Assembly (NCBI RefSeq): GCF_009914755.1
Contig: NC_060925.1
DNA length: 64,000 bases
Direction: 5' to 3' (one strand)
From: the human T2T-CHM13v2.0 reference genome, Homo sapiens
Positions 45,601-59,488 of the stretch are shown piece after piece; the stretch's first letter is position 1, and every line of letters begins with the position of its first letter. Under the pieces are notes generated by a model. It saw nothing but the letters and a program-made list of their open reading frames with translations, was not told where the DNA came from and made no database searches. The position numbers and the translations under genes were made by a program.

Positions 45601-48600
45601 AATGGAATCAAATGGAATCATTGAACGGAATTGAATGGAATCGTCATCGAATGAATTGAATGCAATCATCGAATGGTCTCGAATGGAATCATCTTCAAAT
45701 GGAATGGAATGGAATCATCGCATAGAATCGAATGGAATTATCATCGAATGGAATCGAATGGAATCAACATCAAACGGAAAAAAACGGAATTATCGAATGG
45801 AATCGAAGAGAATCATCGAATGGACCCGAATGGAATCATCTAATGGAATGGAATGGAATAATCCATGGACTCGAATGCAATCATCATCGAATGGAATCGA
45901 ATGGAATCATCGAATGGACTCGAATGGAATAATCATTGAACGGAATCGAATGGAATCATCATCGGATGGAAATGAATGGAATCATCATCGAATGGAATCG
46001 AATAGAATTATGGAATGAAATCCAGTGTGATCATCATCGAATGGACCCGAATGGAATCATCATCCAACGGAAGCTAATGGAATAAACATCGAATGAATCA
46101 AATGGAAACACCATCGAATTGAAACGAATGGAATTACCATGAAATTGAAATGGATGGACTCATCATCAAATGGATTCGAGTGGAATCATCGAATAAAATT
46201 GATTGAAATCATCATCAAATGGAATCGAATGGTATCATTGAATGGAATCGAATGGAATCATCATCAGATGGAAATGAAAGGAATCGTCATAGAATGGAAT
46301 TGAATGGATTCATTGAATGGAATCAGATGGAATCATTGAATGGACTGGAATGGAATCATTGAATGGACTCGAAAGGGATCATTATTGAATGGAATTGAAT
46401 GGAATCATCGAATGGTCTCGATTGGAATCATTATCAAATGGAAACGAATGGAATCACCAAATAGAATCGAATGGAACAATCATTGAATGGACTCAAATGG
46501 AATTATCCTCAAATGGAATGGAATGGAATTATCGAATGCAATCGAATGGAATTATCGAATGCAATCGAATAGAATCATCGAATGGAGTCGAATGGAATCA
46601 TCGAATGGAATGGAATGGAACAGTCAATGAACTCGAATGGAATCATCATTGAATGGAATCGAATGGAATCATCGAGTGGAATCGAATGGAATTATGATCA
46701 AATGGAATCGAATGTAATCATCATCAAATGGAATCAAAAATAACCATCATCAATTGGTATTGAATGGAATTCTCATCAAATGGAATTCAAAGGAATCATC
46801 ATCAAATGGAACCGAATGGTATCCTCATTGAATGGAAATGAAAGGGGTCATCATCTAATGGAATCGCATGGAATCATCATCAAATGGAATCGAATGGAAT
46901 CAACATCAAATGGAATCAAATGGAGTCATTGAACGGAATTGAATGGAATCGTCATCGAATGAATTGAATGCAATCATCGAATGGTCTCGAATGGAATCAT
47001 CTTCAAATGGAATGGAATGGAATCATCACATAGAATCGAATGGAATTATCATCGAATGGAATCGAATGGAATCAACATCAAACGGAAAAAAACGGAATTA
47101 TCGAATGGAATCGAAGAGAATCATCGAATGGACCCGAATGGAATCATCTAATGGAATGGAATGGAATAATCCATGGACTCGAATGCAATCATCATCGAAT
47201 GGAATCGAATGGAATCATCGAATGGACTCGAATGGAATAATCATTGAACGGAATCGAATGGAATCATCATCGGATGGAAACGAATGGAATCATCATCGAA
47301 TGGAATCGAATAGATTTATGGAATGAAATCCAGTGTGATCATCATCGAATGGACCCGAATGGAATCATCATCCAACGGAAGCTAATGAAATCAACATCGA
47401 ATGAATCAAATGGAAACACCATCGAATTGAAACGAATGGAATTACCATGAAATTGAAATGGATGGACTCATCATCAAATGGATTCGAATGGAATCATCGA
47501 ATAAAATTGATTGAAATCATCATCGAATGGAATCGAATGGTATCATTGAATGGAATCGAATGGAATCATCATCAGATGGAAATGAATGGAATCGTCATAG
47601 AATGGAATCGAATGGATTCATTGAATGGAATCAGATGGAATCATTGAATGGACTGGAATGGAATCATTGAATGGACTCGAAAGGGATCATGATTGAATGG
47701 AATTGAATGGAATCATGGAATGGTCTCGATTGGAATCATTATCAAATGGAATCGAATGGAATCACCGAATAGAATCGAATGGAACAATCATCGAATGGAC
47801 TCAAATGGAATTATCCTCAAATGGAATCGAATGGAATTATCGAATGCAATCGAATGGAATTATCGAATGCAATCGAATAGAATCATCGAAAGGACTCGAA
47901 TGGAATCATCGAATGGAATGGAATGGAACAGTCAATGAACTCGAATGGAATCATCATTGAATGGAATCGAATGGAATCATCGAGTGGAATCGAATGGAAT
48001 TATGATCAAATGGAATCGAATGTAATCATCATCAAATGGAATCAAAAATAACCATCATCAATTGGTATTGAATGGAATTGTCATCAAATGGAATTCAAAG
48101 GAATCATCATCAAATGGAACCGAATGGAATCCTCATTGAATGGAAATGAAAGGGGTCATCATCTAATGGAATCGCATGGAATCATCATCAAATGGAATCG
48201 AATGGAATCATCATCAAATGGAATCTAATGGAATCATTGAAAAGAATTGAATGGAATCATCATCGAATTAATTGAATGCAATCATCGAATGGTCTCGAAT
48301 GGAATCATCTTCTAATGGAAAGGAATGGAATCATCGCATAGAATCGAATGGAATTATCATCGAATGGAATCGAATGGTATCAACACCAAACGGAAAAAAA
48401 CGGAATTATCGAATGGAATCGAAGAGAATCTTCGAACGGACCCGAATGGAATCATCTAATGGAATGGAATGGAATAATCCATGGACTCGAATGCAATCAT
48501 CATCGAATGGAATCGAATGGAATCATCGAATGGACTCGAATGGAATAATCATTGAACGGAATCGAATGGAATCATCAACGGATGGAAACGAATGGAATCA

Positions 48601-49200
48601 TCATCGAATGGAAATGAAAGGAGTCATCATCTAATGGAATTGCATGGAATCATCATAAAATGGAATCGAATGGAATCAACATCAAATGGAATCAAATGGA
48701 ATCATTGAACGGAATTGAATGGAATCGTCATCGAATGAATTGAATGCAATCATCGAATGGTCTCGAATGGAATCATCTTCAAATGGAATGGAATGGAATC
48801 ATCGCATAGAATCGAATGGAATTATCATCGAATGGAATCGAATGGAATCAACATCAAACGGAAAAAAACGGAATTATCGAATGGAATCGAAGAGAATCAT
48901 CGAATGGACCCGAATGGAATCATCTAATGGAATGGAATGGAATAATCCATGGACTCGAATGCAATCATCATCGAATGGAATCGAATGGAATCATCGAATG
49001 GACTCGAATGGAATAATCATTGAACGGAATCGAATGGAATCATCATCGGATGGAAATGAATGGAATCATCATCGAATGGAATCGAATAGAATTATGGAAT
49101 GAAATCCAGTGTGATCATCATCGAATGGTCCCGAATGGAATCATCATCCAACGGAAGCTAATGGAATCAACATCGAATGAATCAAATGGAAACACCATCG
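42700..49200 (+). repeat. Approximately two tandem copies of a 3084-bp composite (1308+1776); boundaries approximate
   Basis: Constant 3084 offset: 43305/46389, 43859/46943, 44609/47693, 45188/48272. Shared ggagtcgaatgg, gaattaattg, tcatcaacgg. Confidence 0.87.
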
Positions 49201-51860
49201 AATTGAAACGAATGGAATTACCATGAAATTGAAATGGATGGACTCATCATCGAATGGATTCGAATGGAATCATCGAATAAAATTGATTGAAATCATCATC
49301 GAATGGAATCGAATGGTATCATTGAATGGAATCGAATGGAATCATCATCAGATGGAAATGAATGGAATCGTCATAGAATGGAATCGAATGGATTCATTGA
49401 ATGGAATCAGAATGAATCATCGAATGGACTGGAATGGAATCATTGAATGGACTCGAAAGGGATCATGATTGAATGGAATTGAATGGAATCATCGAATGGT
49501 CTCGATTGGAATCATTATCAAATGGAATCGAATGGAATCACCGAATAGAATCGAATGGAACAATCATCGAATGGACTCAAATGGAATTATCCTCAAATGG
49601 AATCGAATGGAATTATCGAATGCAATCGAATAGAATCATCGAATGGACTCGAATGGAATCATCGAATGGAATGGTATGGAACAGTCAATGAACTCGAATG
49701 GAATCATCATTGAATGGAATCGAATGGAATCATCGAGTGGAATCGAATGGAATTATGATCAAATGGAATCGAATGTAATCATCATCAAATGGAATCAAAA
49801 ATAACCATCATCAATTGGTATGGAATGGAATTGTCATCAAATGGAATTCAAAGGAATCATCATCAAATGGAACCGAATGGAATCCTCATTGAATGGAAAT
49901 GAAAGGGGTCATCATCTAATGGAATCGCATGGAATCATCATCAAATGGAATCGAATGGAATCATCATCAAATGGAATCTAATGGAATCATTGAAAAGAAT
50001 TGAATGGAATCGTCATCGAATGAATTGAATGCAATCATCGAATGGTCTCGAATGGAATCATCTTCTAATGGAAAGGAATGGAATCATCGCATAGAATCGA
50101 ATGGAATTATCATCGAATGGAATCGAATGGTATCAACACCAAACGGAAAAAAACGGAATTATCGAATGGAATCGAAGAGAATCTTCGAACGGACCCGAAT
50201 GGAATCATCTAATGGAATGGAATGGAATAATCCATGGACTCGAATGCAATCATCATCGAATGGAATCGAATGGAATCATCGAATGGACTCGAATGGAATA
50301 ATCATTGAACGGAATCGAATGGAATCATCATCGGATGGAAATGAATGGAATCATCATCGAATGGAATCGAATAGAATTATGGAATGAAATCCAGAGTGAT
50401 CATCATCGAATGGACCCGAATGGAATCATCATACAACGGAAGCTAATGGAATCAACATCGAATGAATCAAATGGAAACACCATCGAATTGAAACGAATGG
50501 AATTATCATGAAATTGAAATGGATGGACTCATCATCGAATGGATTCGAATGGAATCATCGAATAAAATTGATTGAAATCATCATCGAATGGAATCGAATG
50601 GTATCATTGAATGGAATCGAATGGAATCATCATCAGATGGAAATGAATGGAATCGTCATAGAATGGAATCGAATGGATTCATTGAATGGAATCAGATGGA
50701 ATCATCGAAGGGACTGGAATGGAATCATTGAATGGACTCGAAAGGGATCATTATTGAATGGAATTGAATGGAATCATCGAATGGTCTCGATTGGAATCAT
50801 TATCAAATGGAATCGAATGGAATCACCGAATAGAATCGAATGGAACAATCATCGAATGGACTCAAATTGAATTTTCCTCAAATGGAATCGAATGGAATTA
50901 TCGAATGCAATCGAATGGAATTATCGAATGCAATCGAATAGAATCATCGAATGGACTCGAATGGAATCATCGAATGGAATGGAATGGAACAGTCAATGAA
51001 TTCGAATGGAATCATCATTGAATGGAATCGAATGGAATCATCGAGTGGAATCGAATGGAATTATGATCAAATGGAATCGAATGTAATCATCATCAAATGG
51101 AATCAAAAATAACCATCATCAATTGGTATTGAATGGAATTGTCATCAAATGGAATTCAAAGGAATCATCATCAAATGGAACCGAATGGAATCCTCATTGA
51201 ATGGAAATGAAAGGGGTCATCATCTAATGGAATCGCATGGAATCATCATCAAATGGAATCGAAAGGAATCATCATCAAATGGAATCTAATGGAATCATTG
51301 AACAGAATTGAATGGAATCGTCATCGAATGAATTGAATGCAATCATCGAATGGTCTCGAATGGAATCATCTTCTAATGGAAAGGAATGGAATCATCGCAT
51401 AGAATCGAATGGAATTATCATCGAATGGAATCGAATGGTATCAACACCAAACGGAAAAAAACGGAATTATCGAATGGAATCGAAGAGAATCTTTGAACGG
51501 ACCCAAATGGAATCATCTAATGGAATGGAATGGAATAATCCATGGACTCGAATGCAATCATCATCGAATGGAATCGAATGGAATCATCGAATGGACTCGA
51601 ATGGAATAATCGTTGAACGGAATCAAATGGAATCATCATTGGATGGAAACGAATGGAATCATCATCGAATGGAAATGAAAGGAGTCATCATCTAATGGAA
51701 TTGCATGGAATCATCATAAAATGGAATCGAATGGAATCAACATCAAATGGAATCAAATGGAATCATTGAACGGAATTGAATGGAATCGTCATCGAATGAA
51801 TTGACTGCAATCATCGAATGGTCTCGAATGGAATCATCTTCAAATGGAATGGAATGGAAT

Positions 51861-51958
51861 CATCGCAAAGAATCGAATGGAATTATCATCGAATGGAATC
51901 GAATGGAATCATCGCATAGAATCGAATGGAATTATCATCGAATGGAATCGAATGGAAT
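51861..51958 (+). repeat. 49-bp local tandem duplication inside a B module
   Basis: catcgca(a/t)agaatcgaatggaattatcatcgaatggaatcgaatggaat occurs at 51861 and 51910; unit length 1825 = 1776+49. Confidence 0.9.
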
Positions 51959-54900
51959 CAACATCAAACGGAAAAAAAAGAAATTATCGTATGGAATCGA
52001 AGAGAATCATCGAATGGACCCGAATGGAATCATCTAATGGTATGGAATGGAATAATCCATGGACTCGAATGCAATCATCATCGAATGGAATCGAATGGAA
52101 TCATCGAATGGACTCGAATGGAATAATCATTGAACGGAATCGAATGGAATCATCATCGGATGGAAATGAATGGAATCATCATCGAATGGAATCGAATAGA
52201 ATTATGGAATGAAATCCAGTGTCATCATCATCGAATGGACCCGAATGGAATCATCATCCAACGGAAGCTAATGGAATCAACATCGAATGAATCGAATGGA
52301 AACACCATCGAATTGAAACGAATGGAATTATCATGAAATTGAAATGGATGGACTCATCATCGAATGGATTCGAATGGAATCATCGAATAAAATTGATTGA
52401 AATCATCAACAAATGGAATCGAATGGTATCATTGAATGGAATCGAATGGAATCATCATCAGATGGAAATGAATGGAATCGTCATAGAATGGAATCGAATG
52501 GATTCATTGAATGGAATCAGATGGAATCATCGAATGGACTGGAATGGAATCATTGAATGGACACGAAAGGATTCATTATTGAATGGAATTGAATGGAATC
52601 ATCGAATGGTCTCGATTGGAATCATTATCAAATGGAATCGAATGGAATCACCGAATAGAATCGAATGGAACAATCATCGAATGGACTCAAATGGAATTAT
52701 CCTCAAATGGAATCGAATGGAAATATCGAATGCAATCGAATGGAATTATCGAATGCAATCGAATAGAATCATCGAATGGACTCGAATGGAATCATCGAAT
52801 GGAATGGAATGGAACAGTCAATGAACTCGAATGGAATCATCATTGAATGGAATCGAATGGAATCATCGAGTGGAATCGAATGGAATTATGATCAAATGGA
52901 ATCGAATGTAATCATCATCAAATGGAATCAAAAATAACCATCATCAATTGGTATTGAATGGAATTGTCATCAAATGGAATTCAAAGGAATCATCATCAAA
53001 TGGAACCGAATGGAATCCTCATTGAATGGAAATGAAAGGGGTCATCATCTAATGGAATCGCATGGAATCATCATCAAATGGAATCGAATGGAATCATCAT
53101 CAAATGGAATCTAATGGAATCATTGAACAGAATTGAATGGAATCGTCATCGAATGAATTGAATGCAATCATCGAATGGTCTCGAATGGAACCATCTTCTA
53201 ATGGAAAGGAATGGAATCATCGCATAGAATCGAATGGAACAATCATCGAATGGACTCAAATGGAATTATCCTCAAATGGAATGGAATGGAATTATCGAAT
53301 GCAATCGAATGGAATTATAGAATGCAATCGAATAGAATCATCGAATGGACTCGAATGGAATAATCATTGAACGGAATCGAATGGAATAATCATCGGATGG
53401 AAACGAATGGAATCATCATCGAATGGAAATGAAAGGAGTCATCATCTAATGGAATCGCATGGAATCATGATAAAATGGAATCGAATGGAATCAACATCAA
53501 ATGGAATCAAATGGAATCATTGAACGGAATTGAATGGAATCGTCATCGAATAAATTGAATGCAATCATCGAATGGTCTCGAATGGAATCATCTTCAAATG
53601 GAATGGAATGGAATCATCGCATAGAATCGAATGGAATTATCATCGAATGGAATCGAATGGAATCAACATCAAACGGAAAAAAACGGAATTATCGAATGGA
53701 ATCGAAGAGAATCATCGAATGGACCCGAATGGAATCATCTAATGGAATGGAATGGAATAATCCATGGACTCGAATGCAATCATCATCGAATGGAATCGAA
53801 TGGAATCATCGAATGGACTCGAATGGAATAATCATGGAACGGAATCGAATGGAATCATCATCGGATGGAAATGAAAGGAGTCATCATCTAATGGAATTGC
53901 ATGGAATCATCATAAAATGGAATCGAATGGAATCAACATCAAATGGAATCAAATGGAATCATTGAACGGAATTGAATGGAATCGTCATCGAATGAATTGA
54001 ATGCAATCATCGAATGGTCTCGAATGGAATCATCTTCAAATGGAATGGAATGGAATCATTGCATAGAATCGAATGGAATTGTCATCGAATGGAATCGAAT
54101 GGAATCAACATCAAACGGAAAAAAACGGAATTATCGAATGGAATCGAAGAGAATCATCGAATGGACCCGAATGGAATCATCTAATGGAATGGAATGGAAT
54201 AATCCATGGACTCGAATGCAATCATCATCGAATGGAATCGAATGGAATCATCGAATGGACTCGAATGGAATAATCATTGAACGGAATCGAATAGAATCAT
54301 CATCGGATGGAAATGAATGGAATCATCATCGAATGGAATCGAATAGAATTATGGAATGAAATCCAGTGTGATCATCATCGAATGGACCCGAATGGAATCA
54401 TCATCCAACGGATGCTAATGGAATCAACATCGAATGAATCAAATGGAAACACCATCGAATTGAAACGAATGGAATTACCATGAAATTGAAATGGATGGAC
54501 TCATCATCGAATGGATTCGAAAGGAATCATCGAATAAAATTCATTGAAATCATCATCGAATGGAATCGAATGGTATCATTGAATGGAATCGAATGGAATC
54601 ATCATCAGATGGAAATGAATGGAATCGTCATAGAATGGAATCGAATGGATTCATTGAATGGAATCAGATGGAATCATCGAATGGACTGGAATGGAATCAT
54701 TGAATGGACTCGAAAGGGATCATGATTGAATGGAATTGAATGGAATCATCGAATGGTCTCGATTGGAATCATTATCAAATGGAATCGAACGGAATCACCG
54801 AACAGAATCGAATGGAACAATCATCGAATGGACTCAAATGGAATTATCCTCAAATGGAATCGAATGGAAATATCGAATGCATTCGAATGGAATTATTGAA

Positions 54901-56134
54901 TGCAATCGAATAGAATCATCGAATGGACTCGAATGGAATCATCGAATGGAATGGAATGGAACAGTCAATGAACTCGAATGGAATCATCATTGAATGGAAT
55001 CGAATGGAATCATCGAGTGGAATCGAATGGAATTATGATCAAATGGAATCGAATGTAATCCTCATCAAATGGAATCAAAAATAACCATCATCAATTGGTA
55101 TTCAATGGAAATGTCATCAAATGGAATTCAAAGGAATCATCATCAAATGGAACCGAATGGAATCCTCATTGAATGGAAATGAAAGGGGTCATCATCTAAT
55201 GGAATCGCATGGAATCATCATCAAATGGAATCGAATGGAATCATCATCAAATGGAATCTAATGGAATCATTGAACAGAATTTAATGGAATCGTCATCGAA
55301 TGAATTGAATGCAATCATCGAATGGTCTCGAATGGAACCATCTTCTAATGGAAAGGAATGGAATCATCGCATAGAATCGAATGGAATTGTCATCGAATGG
55401 AATCGAATGGTATCAAAACCAAACGGAAAAAAACGGTATTATAGAATGGAATCGAAGAGAATCTTCGAACGGACCCGAATGGAATCATCTAATGGAATGG
55501 AATGGAATAATCCATGGACTCGAATGCAATCATCATCGAATGGAATTGAATGGAATCATCGAATGGACTCGAATGGAATAATCATTGAACGGAATCGAAT
55601 GGAATCATCATCGGATGGAAACGAATGGAATCATCATCGAATGGGAATGAAAGGAGTCATCATCTAATGGAATTGCATGGAATCATCATAAAATGGAATC
55701 GAATGGAATCAACATCAAATGGAATCAAATGGAATCATTGAATGGAATTGAATGGAATCGTCATCGAATGAATTGAATGCAATCATCGAATGGTCTCGAA
55801 TGGAATCATCTTCAAATGGAATGGAATGGAATCATCGCATAGAATCGAATGGAATTATCATCGAATGCAATCGAATGGAATCAACACCAAACGGAAAAAA
55901 ACGGAATTATCGAATGGAATCGAAGAGAATCATCGAATGGACCCGAATGGAATCATCTAATGGAATGGAATGGAATAATCCAAGGACTCGAATGCAATCA
56001 TCATCGAATGGAATCGAATGGAATCATCGAATGGACTCGAATGGAATAATCATTGAACGGAATCGAATGGAATCATCATCGGATGGAAATGAATGGAATC
56101 GTCATCGAATGGAATCGAATAGAATTATGGAATG

Positions 56135-59100
56135 AAATCCAGTGTGATCATCATCGAATGGACCTGAATGGAATCATCATCCAACGGAAGCTAATGGAAT
56201 CATCATCGAATGAATCAAATGGAAACACCATCGAATTGAAACGAATGGAATTACCATGAAATTGAAATGGATGGACTCATCATCAAATGTGTTCGAATGG
56301 AATCATCGAATAAAATTGATTGAAATCATCATCGAATGGAATCGAATGGTATCATTGAATGGAATCGAATGGAATCCTCATTGAATGGAAATGAAAGGGG
56401 TCATCATCTAATGGAATCGCATGGAATCATCATCAAATGGAATCGAATGGAATCATCATCAAATGGAATCTAATGGAATCATTGAAAGAATTGAGTGGAA
56501 TCATCATCGAATGAATTGAATGCAATCATCGAATGTTCCCGAATGGAATCATCTTCTAATGGAAAGGGATGGAATCATCGCATAGAATCGAATGGAATTA
56601 TCATCGAATGGAATCGAATGGTATCAACACCAAACGGAAAAAAACGGAATTATCGAATGGAATCGAAGAGAATCTTCGAACGGACCCGAATGGAATCATC
56701 TAATGGAATGGAATGGAATAATCCATGGACTCGAATGCAATCATCATCGAATGGAATCGAATGGAATCATCGAATGGACTCGAATGGAATAATCATTGAA
56801 CGGAATCGAATGGAATCATCATCGGATGGAAACGAATGGAATCATAATCGAATGGAAATGAAAGGAGTCATCATCTAATGGAATTGCATGGAATCATCAT
56901 CAAATGGAATCGAATGGAATCAACATCATATGGAATCAAATGGAATCATTGAACGGAATTGAATGGAATCGTCATCGAATGAATTGAATGCAATCATCGA
57001 ATGGTCTCGAATGGAATCATCTTCAAATGGAATGGAATGGAATCATCGCATAGAATCGAATGGAATTATCATCGAATGGAATCGAATGGAATCAACATCA
57101 AACGGAAAAAAACGGAATTATCGAATGGAATCGAAGAGAATCATCGAATGGACCCGAATGGAATCATCTAATGGAATGGAATGGAATAATCGATGGACTC
57201 GAATGCAATCATCATCGAATGGAATCGAATGGAATCATCGAATGGACTCGAATGGAATAATCATTGAACGGAATCGAATGGAATCATCATCGGATGGAAA
57301 TGAATGGAATCATCATCGAATGGAATCGAATAGAATTATGGAATGAAATCCAGTGTGATCATCATCGAATGGACCCGAATGGAATCATCATCCAACGGAA
57401 GCTAATGGAATCAATATCGAATGAATCAAATGGAAACACCATCGAATTTAAACGAATGGAATTACCATGAAATTGAAATGGATGGAGGACTCGAAAGGGA
57501 TCATTATTGAATGGAATTGAATGGAATCATCGAATGGTCTCGATTGGAATCATTATCAAATGGAATCGAATGGAATCACCGAATAGAATCGAATGGAACA
57601 ATCATCGAATGGACTCAAATGGAATTATCCTCAAATGGAATCGAATGGAATTATCGAATGCAATCGAATGGAATTATCGAATGCAATCGAATAGAATCAT
57701 CGAATGGACTCGAATGGAATCATCGAATGGAATGGAATGGAACAGTCAATGAACTCGAATGGAATCATCATTGAATGGAATCGAATGGAATCATCGAGTG
57801 GAATCGAATGAAATTATGATCAAATGGAATCGAATGTAATCATCATCAAATGGAATCAAAAATAACCATCATCAATTGGTATTGAATGGAATTGTCATCA
57901 AATGGAATTCAAAGGAATCATCATCAAATGGAACCGAATGGAATCCTGATTGAATGGAAATTAAAGGGGTCATCATCTAATGGAATCGCATGGAATCATC
58001 ATCAAATGGAATCGAATGGAATCATCATCAAATGGAATCTAATGGAATCATTGAACAGAATTGAATGGAATCGTCATCGAATTAATTGAATGCAATCATC
58101 GAATGGTCTCGAATGGAATCATCTTCTAATGGAAAGGAATGGAATCATCGCATAGAATCGAATGGAATTATCATCGAATGGAATCGAATGGTATCAACAC
58201 CAAACGGAAAAAAACGGAATTATCGAATGGAATCGAAGAGAATCTTCGAACGGACCCGAATGGAATCATCTAATGGAATGGAACGGAATAATCCATGGAC
58301 TCGAATGCAATCATCATCGAATGGAATCGAATGGAATCATCGAATGGACTCGAATGGAATAATCATTGAACGGAATCGAATGGAATCATCATCGGATGGA
58401 AACGAATGGAATCATCATCGAATGGAATCGAATAGAATTATGGAATGAAATCCAGTGTGATCATCATCGAATGGACCCGAATGGAATCATCATCCAACGG
58501 AAGCTAATGGAATCAACATCGAATGAATCAAATGGAAACACCATCGAATTGAAACGAATGGAATTACCATGAAATTGAAATGGATGGACTCATCATCTAA
58601 TGGATTCGAATGGAATCATCGAATAAAATTGATTGAAATCATCATCGAATGGAATCGAATGGTATCATTGAATGGAATCGAATGGAATCATCATCAGATG
58701 GAAATGAATGGAATCGTCATAGAATGGAATCGAATGGATTCATTGAATGGAATCAGATGGAATCATCGAATGGACTGGAATGGAATCATTGAATGGACTC
58801 GAAAGGGATCATTATTGAATGGAATTGAATGGAATCATCGAATGGTCTCGATTGGAATCATTACCAAATGGAATCGAATGGAATTACCGAATAGAATCGA
58901 ATGGAACAATCATCGAATGGACTCGAATGGAATAATCATTGAACGGAATCGAATGGAATCATCATCGGATGGAAACGAATGGAATCATCATCGAATGGAA
59001 ATGAAAGGAGTCATCATCTAATGGAATTGCATGGAATCATCATAAAATGGAATCGAATGGAATCAACATCAAATGGAATCAAATGGAATCATTGAACGGA

Positions 59101-59488
59101 ATTGAATGGAATCGTCATCGAATGAATTGAATGCAATCATCGAATGGTCTCGAATGGAATCATCTTCAAATGGAATGGAATGGAATCATCGCATAGAATC
59201 GAATGGAATTATCATCGAATGGAATCGAATGGAATCAACATCAAACGGAAAAAAACGGAAGTATCGAATGGAATCGAAGAGAATCATCGAATGGACCCGA
59301 ATGGAATCATCTAATGGAGTGGAATGGAATAATCCATGGACTCGAATGCAATCATCATCGAACGGAATCGAATGGAATCATCGAATGGACTCGAATGGAA
59401 TAATCATTGAACGGAATCGAATGGAATCATCATCGGATGGAAACGAATGGAATCATCATCGAATGGAATCGAATAGAATTATGGAATG
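56135..59488 (+). repeat. Three consecutive truncated units (1211, 1102, 1041 bp)
   Basis: Junctions at about 56371 (-564, plus a 1-bp deletion near 56486), 57486/57487 (-206) and about 58920 (-735). Confidence 0.88.
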
